A stretch of DNA of 64,000 nt from Catajapyx aquilonaris. Lineage: Eukaryota. Made by a program: the position numbers and the translations under genes. The stretch spans positions 1-64,000 of the forward strand of contig KZ538464.1 of assembly GCA_000934665.2 (NCBI GenBank), given 5' to 3'. Below are positions 27,751-39,300 of this stretch, one piece after another. A model generated the notes under the pieces. The model worked only from the letters and a program-made list of their open reading frames with translations, was not told the origin of the DNA and searched no databases. Each line of letters begins with the position of its first letter. Within the stretch, counting starts at the first letter, position 1.

Positions 27751-30700
27751 CTAGGCCGCTTCATGTTCCCCCAAATGAGTTCGAATTGCTAAGTGTATGG
27801 TATCACCTCTATTTAATTAAAAAAAGGTACGGTCGGCCGAGGGAAGCATACCTGCCAAGTATTTGAAGCCCATTGCCTCGGTGCCCAAGCTGTGGAGACC
27901 ACCAATGGTGACCAACTGACATCTCTAAATAAAATGATCCTCTTCTGGCCAAGAACTCAGTTAAAGGGTTCCTTGAATCATTATGAAACATCTTGTATAG
28001 AAAAGTGTTATTTAGCCTGAGGAAGTGCAGCTTATTATTGTGGCGCTTTGTACTGTCCCACTAATGTACCCATGTGTCCCAAAAAGTTGTGGCCACTTGC
28101 ACATTACTGGGGCTGGGGCATATAATGTGTGGCCACAACTTTTTGTGACCAATAGTATATGGTTGTGTCCTACTCCCAACATAGAGTAGGAGATTGATAG
28201 GTTTGCCATTGCTTCCGTAGATGTCCGACACGACTAATCCATGATATGATCGTGTGTGCATGCCTGCTTCGACACTTTTGCTACCTTAACGCTGGTAAGT
28301 GACAAATAGTGCTTCAGCATCATATTCTGTACAGAGAAATCCACTAATGAGTCAAAAGAAACCAGTTTCGAGATAATCAAAAGCAAATATTATTTTGACC
28401 TTGTATTTGTTTACATGCTACTGAGTACGGATAATCCTGGTTCATTACTAATGTTTAGGACTAAATGGACTTTACCAGCCCATAGAGCAGGTTCGAGAAT
28501 TGGGTTTTCGTTCTCGCTCATTACGCTTTCTCGCTAAGGCCGTTTCTTGCGAGCTTAAGAATACACAGTCTATATACTCGTAGTGATGTAAATATACCTT
28601 ATTATTCAAAATGGCCAAAATAAGAGTGGATTTCTCCTGTATGCCAACTACATACGAGTACAGTGTATTGCAAGTATTGGGGGTCCTTTAGTCATCGCAA
28701 ATTTCGCTCGAAATTGTTATTTTTGTGTAGCTTTTTTCGTTCTGATCGAGGTGCAGCAGTCGTTATGTTCGACCACACCTGGGAATAATAATGTGCACTT
28801 CTATCCAGGCACAAAAAGCTACACAAAAATAATAACTTCGGGCGAAATGCTAGAACTAAAATAACCCCAATAATTGGAACACACTGTATAATTAGTGCTA
28901 GGAATTGAAATAAATAACATCATATTTTTTAAATACCTGTCACAGATACGGATGAGAAAATGTCATCCTGTTCATCCATGGATATATTGAAGACGTTCTC
29001 AGTATTTATCGGCAGCAGGTGGGGATAGAGGCAGGGAAATGCAGGCTAAAGGGGATAATCAGGAATGAGTCTTAGTTATCACATTAGGGCACATGTGTCC
29101 TTATCAGGGTCATGCTAAGATATTTGGGAAGGAAAGGGTTGGGGGCGGAGGGTGGGGGAGAGGAGGAGGATTTGCCTCCGCTATAGTCCCTCCTATTGAG
29201 TTAATTCTGTTCTCTACTTTGTTTGTTTGGAACAACCTGACTGACACACCTCATAGGTTGATGAGTTTTAAGCACCTTACAGTTTGCCTGTATGCGATTT
29301 TGTCCTATCGGCATACAAATTTAAGAATTCAAATCACCGATATATGCAGCAAATGCGTATGCAGGCCTATGTAGTTCAGATGAAGCCAGGATGAAGCCCA
29401 CCTGCAAGAAACACAGTACTACTAGCCGTAAGTTTTTTTTTCACATTTTAATACCTTGTTAACGGCTGCAGTCAAGATATTTACCCATCAACACACGATT
29501 TTGAAACCTTCCTAACACAGGTAATGTAGTACACAGTCATGTTGTCGAATGGGTATTTTTAAAAAATTGCTTATAAACACGTATGCAGTGTACACATTTG
29601 ATCCCGACCATGGCATACAGTTTTTAAAATATATAGCTCAGGATATGACTTAGGGGTGTTTTATTCCAAAACATATGACAATGAAGGGGGCAGGCAGGTG
29701 GGGGATCTTCTCACAATATCATAGCACAATATATTACTAGACAAGGAGGACTAAGAATGAAGGTTAGGAACGTGTCATCTGGTTCATCTGGTGGAGCACC
29801 CTCCACACCGCTGCATTGACTGATGCTGGGCGGTGGACATCCGAACAGATGCATGTCCAAGGCAGATAATCTTTCATGACCACATTACAGACAGGCGTGG
29901 AAGTCAATGTGTCCATGACACACCTTATAAACCGGAAGGAGATACAAGTATATGAGCAAGTAAGTCACATAACCATTCTATCACAGGTTATGGTAAAGTG
30001 CCAAGACCTTTATTTACTACCTAACCCAAAAAAGTAGCTGGATTGTGGATGTTTCTTAGCGCACATGGCATTTTTATTGCTTACATGCATCAAGCACTGC
30101 CCCTAGATATTCATACAGTAGGCCTATACGTACAGTACCATCCTCCCATGAGTGTGTCTAATTCTAATCTAATGCAATTATTCTAAACTGAACATGACAT
30201 TATTATCTCCTAATGAAGCCGTTATTGCCAAACTGAACTAATATGATAATTTTGTCCTTATATATTTTCAAGTAGACAAAATCCAAGAGGAGGAGCAAAT
30301 CTTTCCCCACCTGTGGGACATAGCCTTAATGCATCATCTATCATTTGCTAGACACAGCCCAGAATATTCTACATGAAAGTGGTGACAAGGAATAATTGTT
30401 ACCTCTACGATGTGTCAATTGGTACTGGTACGTAGGACTTTATTTGCATGTAAAATAAATGTAAAATCGCCAGTCGAAATCGCTTTTGAAATGGTCCGTT
30501 GGTGAAAAATTGCAGGAGGTTGGAATGATCGTGGATATAAAAGTGTCAAACCCTCAGCCATAGCTGCATAGTCTGCAGAATAGGTTGCCGCTAATGCCAA
30601 CTCAGACAATGAAACTTGTCTCTCATTTTGGCATTCTCTAGAGGTACAGTAGGGCCTATACATTCATTGTTTACTAAATCTGCCCCTTGAAACAAAGGCT

Positions 30701-30880
30701 CCTAATTTTCAACCTTGCTTTGCAGCGAGACTTATATTACCAGTGTTTTGGTATATTCTTCTACAATTCAGCCTACTCCGAAGATTTTGGAACTTCTAGC
30801 AAGCAGCATACAGACGAGTGCCCCGACAACTTCTATAAAGATATATGGACCAAAGCATATACACATTTATTCAATCTGCA
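27751..30880 (-). pseudogene. Decayed spliced SNX9/18/33 (SH3PX1)-like PX-BAR gene
   Basis: GT-AG bounded - strand exons: 30880-30714(?), 30637-30403, 29923-29738, 29401-29281, 29045-28937, 28326-28174, 27924-27852, 27788-27751. Motifs IYR*FEFLNLYADR (~VHRRYKHFDWLYAR), WMNRMTFSHPYL*Q|NMMLKHYLS (~SNX18 [22 protein letters not shown]), QLVTIGGLH (~SNX9 ELLTVGQEH). Many stops and at least one frame break. Confidence 0.55.
28661..28886. mobile_element. Palindromic MITE (TA TSD)
   Basis: ta|cagtgtattgcaagtattgggg ... ccccaataattggaacacactg|ta. Confidence 0.75.
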
Positions 30881-31151
30881 CTGCAAAGGTTACATCACTA
30901 TGATAATAAAAAAACATTACTCATGAACAGCGACTATTTAAAGTATGCCCGTGTGGTGCAAACATACAATATATATTATTTCAGCCAATGAATGAACGCA
31001 ATCTTTATTACAGGTGGACAACTATAATTTGCATTTGATTTTATCAAGTGGTTTTTAAAATGGTAATGAGAGTGCTGAGTGCATGATGGCCCTACCTCTC
31101 TGCTTTATAAAACGTAGACGTCAATTAAAATCCACAATAAATTAAAGTTAA

Positions 31152-32069
31152 CCCTTTGCTGCCTACGGCCATCATATGATGTCCGGAGATTTGCCCTGCC
31201 AACTTGGGTCATTTTTCAACGCAAAAAATTTCAACCTCACCGATTTTCTTGAAATTCGGTGCATTGGTAGCCCACCCCAAGGGATGAAAAACGCACCTAT
31301 AGTTACCTGATCAAAATGACCTCGTGACCCAATTTTGAGGGGGGCAGAGGTCAAATTTCGACCTCACCGGATTTTTTTTCAAATTCGGTGCATTGGTAGC
31401 CCACACCAAGGGATGAAAAACGCACCTATAGTGACCTGGTCAAAATGACCTCGTGACCCAATTTTGAGGGGGGCAGAGGTCAAATCATAAAATTCCGACC
31501 TCGCCGATTTTCTTCAAATTCGGTCAATTGGTAGCCCACCCCAAGGGATGAAAAACGCACCTATAGTGACCTGATGAAAGTGACCCTGTGACCCAATTTT
31601 GAGTGGGGCAGAGGTCAAATCATAAAATTCCGACCTCGCCGATTATCTTCAAATTCGGTGCATTAGTAGCCCACACCAAGGGATGACAAACCCACCTATA
31701 GTTCCCTGCTCGACATGACCCTGTGACCCATATTGGAGGGGACCTATGTCAATGCGCCGAATTTCAAAAAAATTTGTGACTGGCACTTGCAAAGTCTGCC
31801 TTGTGATTCACTAAGGCGGGTAGTACGTGTACGCAAAAAATGTAAGTGTGTATAACCTTGGTATAACCCCCGAATTTCAAGAAAATCGGTGAGGTTGGAA
31901 TTTGACCTCTGCCCCCCTCAAAATTGGGTCACGAGGTCATTTTGATCAGGTAACTATAGGTGCGTTTTTCATCCCTTGGGGTGGGCTACCAATGCACCGA
32001 ATTTCAAGAAAATCGGCGAGGTCATAAAATTTTCGGAAAAGGGGGAAAAAAAACTCCGTCATCAAAGGG
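31152..32069. mobile_element. piggyBac-like non-autonomous element with internal ~125-bp tandem repeats
   Basis: ttaa|ccctttg ... caaaggg|ttaa; four direct units at ~31230-31745 and an inverted unit at ~31870-32025. Confidence 0.85.
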
Positions 32070-32599
32070 TTAACAAGACAAATACCTGCACTTCTGACAT
32101 GCAAGTATAGCCCTCAATTTCATCTCCCGTCTCCACTCAATTTATGCACGTTTGGTACCCGCGAACCTGCATAATGTACTCACATAATGTAGGCTACTCC
32201 CCAATGCATCTTGCCCCAATGCATGAACAGGCCAGATTCCGGTGGACGGTACCGTACGGTACCGTATTTCACGTTACACCACCCCATTCCCCTACCCCTT
32301 CCTACCCCCTTCCCTGACCTTGCACTCTCGAAAACAAAAGTGCAGCCAGTGTTACACCAGAGCCACAATAGGGCTTTAAAAATAGCTACTACCACCGGAA
32401 AATATAAGGGACATTAAAATTTTATCTTTAAAACATGCCTACTAATCACAGGTACGTTCAGTAATGACATGTGAGACGTCACAAGCCACTCTGGAGCACG
32501 TTTGAATATGATTGCTATCTTAGATGGCATTCCCTGCTGGGCAATTACCAGGAGGGCTAGAAATACATATATGTGCAGTACTTTATCCCTCTTGGAACG

Positions 32600-33076
32600 C
32601 TTGCATTTAGGCGCAACTTCGAACCGTTGGCATAACCGTTTCAAAACAGTCGTACGTGATCTAGAAACTGAACGTGCCCGCTAACCTAAGTGGGTAGAGC
32701 GGGGTGAAGAATAAAAATGCACCCTTGGAACACCAGCGCTTACGGAAAGAGGTCAAAGTTAAGGGAAGAACAACAGTGATCAGTCCGTGTTGCCCGCTCC
32801 TCGGAATCCTGTCTTGGAACGGTCCCGTTCGCTGTCCGGTAGCTGTTTCTTGATGAATTCTGGACGGGGCGGTGCTGGTAGCGTACGATGCGGCAGTGAC
32901 TGACCGTACGTAAAGAGTATGTGGATTGCAGGAGGGAACGACCTGAGTGTGAGGCCACATGTGCCATTGTTCTGCTCTGAGATCAACCTACAACCAAGAA
33001 GGAGTTAGCCTAACGGGTGCGCTAGGATATTGTGCCAGTAGTTCGGGTAGGAGCATCCGAAGCTGTCAGCATACAG
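32600..33076. promoter_or_regulatory. CpG-rich putative promoter / first-exon region of the Kelch gene
   Basis: Non-repetitive CpG-rich stretch ending in donor cag|gtacgt (33076/77); possible in-frame ATG at 32959 whose exon splices in frame to 33358. Confidence 0.4.
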
Positions 33077-33395
33077 GTACGTATATGTAGCGTGCCTGGT
33101 TTGACATGTTGGGTGAGGGAGGTGATGCTGAACTCACATTGAGTTTACCAGTAATGCGGTGAAGTCCCTCCCTCTCTCATCCCCATGTTACTTTCCAGCC
33201 TTCAATGTAGGTCTGACTTACTAATTTCAACAGCTGTGTTACACAAGTTTGTAGAGTTCAAGGTGTAAACATCATTTCTGTTTAGTAGTAGGTGCTAGAA
33301 ATAGAAGTGTATTTCAAAGTTGTAAGTGCTGATAATCATTGTGACATCTATCAACAGGTGGAATTTGTTTGCCACTGAAGCCATCAGCAAGAAAT

Positions 33396-36300
33396 ATGAT
33401 GCTTGCGTCAGCAGTTCGACCAGCACTGAGACGTAGCACTTTACCCATCAATCAGCTGCCTTTCAACAGGTATTAGCAGAGCTTTAAAAAAATATAAGTA
33501 ACAAATTCTATGCATGTGGCAGCAAACTGGATTTGCAGTGTTGTGCATGTACTGATGTACTTAATGACTTGAAATGATTGAGATGATTTTGCATTGAGGT
33601 GACATTTGGTATCATCTCGGATCTTTTTGAACAATATAGTACATGCGCACCAGGAAAAAAATTGGCAGTGCCCACTTCAGTAAAATGATGATTACAATAT
33701 TGGTACTCATCCCTCTTCAGAAAGATAAAGTCTTTCTGTGCTGTAATGCTTCTAAGTTATGCAAATCTTGGGAACGTAAGACATGCCATTCAATGATTTT
33801 GACACCTGCTTTGAACTATTTAAAAAATGCATTGGGACTTTTAGATTTAGATTGGACCATAGTAATGATGATTAAGGGCCGGTTGCACCAGTCGCGGTAT
33901 ATGGGACGGTATATGGAAGAACCCTGCACCGCGGGTACACGGTATATTCCATGAAAAACCGCGGGTTTATTCCATAGCGTTGCACCGGTCCAGATAAACG
34001 GGGCGTTATCGGTAGAATGCTAGCCCATGAGAGACGTAAGCGGGCAAAATTTTTGGAGAGCGCTGATTGGATCGCAGCACCCGTGACGCAATCCGTGACG
34101 TCATGGAAGTATGGCTATTCGACTAGTATCTACGGCAACCATGTGGCAGGGGTGCCAATGGTGTCGCACAGTCCACAAAATCCCAAGCACCAGTCCGCAA
34201 CCACGACAACACCATAAACCCGCGGTATAAGCAACTTGTGCTGCAGGATCGGCGGGTAGATGGATCCGGCGGTAGATGGGAGGGAGAACGGGCCGTTTTA
34301 GAACAACCGTAGGTGGCGCAACACTTCTCGCGGTATACCGGAGTGAAAACCCGCCGTTTTCCATATACCGCGACTGGTGCAACCGGATATAAGAGTGCAA
34401 TTAATATTTCCAAAACCTGGGGAGGTGGTAAAATAATGGGATTAATTTGCAGTAGTGATTTGTACCTCATATGTTGTTCATGTATTATACAGTTAAATCC
34501 TGATAACTCGAAATTCTCGATAAGTCGAAGAAAATCTTCGACTTGGCGGATTCTCCATATACGCGTATGTAATGCAAATTGAATTCCGATAACTCAAATT
34601 GGTATAACTTGATTTTCTCGATAAGTCGAATATATTTTGTGAACTCCAGAACACTTTCACTAATAATAAGTCGCATTTTGTCAACATCGGGGAATTTCCA
34701 AGTCGGGCAAACATGTGGTATGATTCATTCTTGGAGATTTCCACCCCAGCTGGTTAATTCTCGATAAGCCATGAAGAAATGTACAAAGCCCTCTCTGAAA
34801 GCCTGTAGGTAGTGACTCATGCATTCCTTTGCGCTGGTGACATGCCTTTTTCCCTCAGAGCGGTCAGAGGCCCTAGTCTACAGTCGTCTAGCGGTCACTT
34901 GCAATTGTGTCCCAGTAGCGAGACGCATACTGGAGGTGTTTAATTTGTGCTGGTGCTGTTTTACCCACCATATTCGATAAATCGAATTTTCGATAAGTCG
35001 AATTTTTTTCTCAGTCCCATGGTGGTTCGAGTTATCGGGATTTCACTGTATATTGTGTAAAAATTCAGGCAGGTTGCCTGTACTGTACGAGCTCAAAAAC
35101 ATACTTTCTGAAAATGTTCTGGTTCGGCAGACAAGGACTAAGAAATAATTTAAAATGTACATTCCATGGTCAGGGCAAAGGTTGAGCATGAGATATGTTA
35201 CAACACCTGCAGTTGTCCTTGAAAGAAGTCATACTGCCTCAGTATCCTAACTTCATGCATGCGTGAGTACCTTGTGGCAGGCTTGAACGGCTTTGAAATG
35301 TGCAATCCTATGTATTGCTAGCCTTCATTATTTTCATTTTATTTTTTATGAGATGTTCAGTTAACAATTAATTTTCCAGTGTTATTGTAAATGTGCCTGA
35401 TTCACCAAGGTACATTCAAGAAGTGCAGGTTTGCACCACTTGAGGTAGATTGCCAACCCAAGTTTGTATGCCAAGGGAAAAACTAGCTGAATATTCAAAG
35501 CTGGAGGGAGTGGACCAGGCAGATTAGATGATCCTACTGCGACTAAAACTAAAACTAATGCTAAAATTTCCCTTGCGTAGACCCAAATGAACCCCTTCGC
35601 TGCCAGATAGGCCTGAACCACATAGATTTCGGCTTATGCATACTCCGAAGATACGCACAAGATATTTTACAAATAATAACAGGTATGTTTACCAGATCAG
35701 GGAAAACACTATGGATGAGTCTGGAACAATTTTACTCCTCTAGAAGTCCCTAAATTAATTTTCAAAAACAAGGCTATAAAAACTTGAAATTAGAGTACTG
35801 CTGACCAATTGTTAGGCTGATTTAATTATGAAATGTGTGAAAATATGCGGAATAACAACCTTGAGAACCATGCCAGATGAATTTGCTTAGATCGCCGTAC
35901 GTTGGGAGGAATAATTAAGGCTTACTTGCAGCTTTCTGGCACTTTGGAAAACTCCCAAATTTATTTTCCGCAACCAGCTTCGTAAAATTTGGTGTGCGTG
36001 CAGTTGTGACAATATGCAAGCAGGCTTCCAAATGGTCTTGTGACAGATAGCTTTGGTAATTATTATTTTCGATCCTGTCCTCTGCGTCCACTTTCCTCCT
36101 ACTCTTCATGGGTTCCCCAAACTACCCTTTCAACTCACACCACACAAGAACTGATCACTTGGAAAACCAGCGACTACCTGCAGTCCAGCCGTTGAATAGC
36201 CCTGACCTAGGGTATAGTGTGGTATTGAATGGGTGCAAGTGATTGACCAGTGACCAGTGCGTCAGTTGAGGTGATAGCAAACGTGGATGGCAATGTGGAC

Positions 36301-39300
36301 AAGATAGTTCCCTTGCAAGGAGTATCCCCTTGAATGTGTTCTTCCCCATATCGCTTGGTACAGTATAATTAATCTCTTTAAGCCCTCTTCCAAGGAACTA
36401 AATCCTTCCTGCATGAGTCTGCCTAGCTTCAGCATTCTGGGCTTATTTCCGTCACCTTCAATGGATGAGGAGCTGGATGAGGAACAGTAAGTAGGCCTAC
36501 CCAAGGTTTAGGAGAGATGGAACAAGAGCAATTTTATTCTGTCTTTAATCCTTGCTAGGGAGTAGGCTATATACTTCCTGACTATCCTCCTGTTAGCATC
36601 TTGCTTGGGGCCCCTTTTTCTTTACTAATTGCAGAAGAAGTGATACAAGTGTAAGTATCCAAGTTGGGGACTGAAAAAAAAGGTACAGTATTTCTCTCTA
36701 ACATTTGCTAGGATGTACATCCCTTCCGTGCTGCATTATCCAGCTGTACTGACTAGGAGCCAGAATTCGATACCACCACCAATAATTGATCCAGTTGAAG
36801 GATATCAGAGTTGCAGGTGGGGAAAACGATATTTCATCCTCTTTTTAACCTTTGCTAAAAATAGATCCTTTGTGATCCTTTGTGAGTTCCCTGCACTTAC
36901 AAGGAACGGTCAGGGTCGAGAACCTCCGATTTGGTTGAAACTGGCTTGAGGGGTCATGTGCGATAGACACAGTGGTGAAAGTGTTAGCTCGCACTGTTCA
37001 GCCGTTTCCGAGATATGAGCGACAGTAACATCCGAATTTTGGCCGCGCGCATTTGCCGGGAGCCGCTCTGCCAGCTCCAAATCCCTTCTACCTTGATTCC
37101 CCCCACTTTTTTCGATCCCACACCACCATCCCCCACTCCCCCACCAACATTTTCGTTTTCCATAGTTTTTTTGCTCCAGTATTTATTATGAGTTTTCCCA
37201 TTACCCATTACCCAATTTTAGGTATAGAAGCTCTTTATTCGCAGTTGACAGAAGCGAAAGAAAGCAGCTTGATGGTCTCATAATAAATACCGGAGCAAAG
37301 AAACTATGGAAAACGAAAATGTTGGTGGGGGAGTGGGGGATGGTGGTGTGGAATCGAAAAAAGTGGGGGGAATCAAGGTACAAGGGATTTGGAGCTGGCA
37401 GAGCGGCTCCCGGCAAATGCACGCGGCCAAAATTCGGATGTTACTGTCGCTCATATCTCGGAAACGGCTGGACAGTGCGAGCTAACACTTTCACCACTGT
37501 GTCTATCGCACATGAATGACCCCTCAAGCCAGTTTCAACCAAATCGGAGATTCTCGACCCTGACCGTTCCCTTGTTAGTGCCATCCAACTTGTGGACCAT
37601 TTGCCTATTTCCAGTACAGTGAAACCTTGATCTGTTGTTCCCGAATGTGTCATTTTCCCAGATCCATCATTCAATTCCTATGGCCCCAGAATCCTGTTTA
37701 CATGATGCAAATTAAACCTGCAACTATCATTCCTTGATTATCATTTTTCTGCACCTGTTAGTCAGAATCATTATTCCCGAAGAATGTGAATCCCAGATTG
37801 ATTGTTTTAAAGGCAGAGCGAATCCACACATATTAGTAGGAGTAAAAATAGGTTGGGCATGTGGTGTAACACAAGTAGTAGTGGACTCTGACAGGTAGCT
37901 TTGCATGGTTAGCTGAATGACTTTAAAAAAGAGCAGATTAGGTTTGAGAGTGGGAAAACAATATTGGTGTCCTTTTTTATGAGGTAGTAAATACATACAG
38001 GCCAATGCAAGGGCAAATGTGACTTTTTCCATTTTATAAAGGATGAATGTGAATTCATCTGCCAAAATGGTGCTGGTGGTAGGAGGTGTGTATGGAAGAA
38101 GCATAACATGGCCGTCTGAAAGGTTGGCAACGATCTGTCTTGGAGATATCGACCTTTGACATCGACAATGATTATCCTTAGAAGTGTGGATACCCTCGTG
38201 CATGCCTGCCTCTATTACCGGTTTCTGGGGCCAGGCTCGCGCACTCCCAGACTGATGCTCAACAAGCCCATCCTGGCAACCAGTGATGCAGGAATGTACT
38301 GGGGTATCCATACTTGTAAGGATAGACATTGTCAACATCCTTTCAGACCCATGCCATGGTTCTCCTATATGCATCCCTTACCACCCACATCATTACGGCA
38401 GATGAATTCACATACACCCTGTAAAGGCCCCTGTATTTATCATTTTACCCCATCTATCAGTTTTTTTCCAGATCCCTGGACAAAAACGATGAATCGAGGT
38501 TTCATTCTATTGCAAAAACTTGCATTTGAAATTCACAATTTTGCATTATTTTCTGACTTCAAATTGCCACACAGAAGAGGGTTAGAACTGGAAATAACTT
38601 TTCTTTTAATTTTTACACAGATGGTTGATGATGGCTGATTTTTCAAGTTGCCAGTTGTTCACTAAAACTGGAATTGATAAAATTAACGTGTCCAAAATCT
38701 GTTGAAAAAATGTTTCTCTCTGTAGCTCGGAGGCCTGTCCTGTGGCATAATTCGTGCCCTGTGCTTATGTACTGGTCTGTTCAGCAGTGCCAGGGCAACA
38801 CACCCATATACAGGGTCATCAAAAAAGAATGTCCTATTTTACAAACCCTATAACTCGAAGACTTGCAGACATAACTGAATGATTTAAGTTTTGCGATACT
38901 AAGGAAGGTCTAAAGTTTTGGTTTTGTTTCGATATGTGCTTCATTTGTCGCTTGGCAGATGAAAAAGGAGGTATATGGTCTTGAGCCCAACTGGTTCAAT
39001 GACATTTGGAGTCACCGTTGCAATCTATCCCGCAGGTGCTGGATATCTCTGATATCCACCACAGACATTGTTCTTGATGCAAATAAAGAAGTCGCCTCAT
39101 CCATGAAATAAGCCTGCCATAGAAAAATTTCATTTGTTCAGCCTCCCAGTGTGAGAAGTCTTGAATTAGAAGTTTCCCTATGCCTAGCCCCTCCAGAAGC
39201 CCAGATTTTACCACAATGGACTTTTTTGTAGAGATGCATGTAAATGGTGAAAAGATCCGGCATCTCCAGCACCTACGGGAAAAGATTTCAACGGTAACAC

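Noticed and set aside
27751..30880. In-frame stops as selenocysteine or an alternative genetic code
   Set aside because: All three stop types plus frame breaks occur, and neighbouring genes use the standard code; pseudogene decay is simpler.
31230..31745. CRISPR-like regular repeat array
   Set aside because: Eukaryotic context, whole ~125-bp units repeat with no unique spacers, and the array lies inside a TTAA-flanked transposon.
32180..32395. GMGW...ESGLF as the SH3 domain of the SNX-like gene
   Set aside because: Spacing is wrong, the ALYDF and PxxY motifs are absent, and the GW lies in a low-complexity GGGGTA-like tract.
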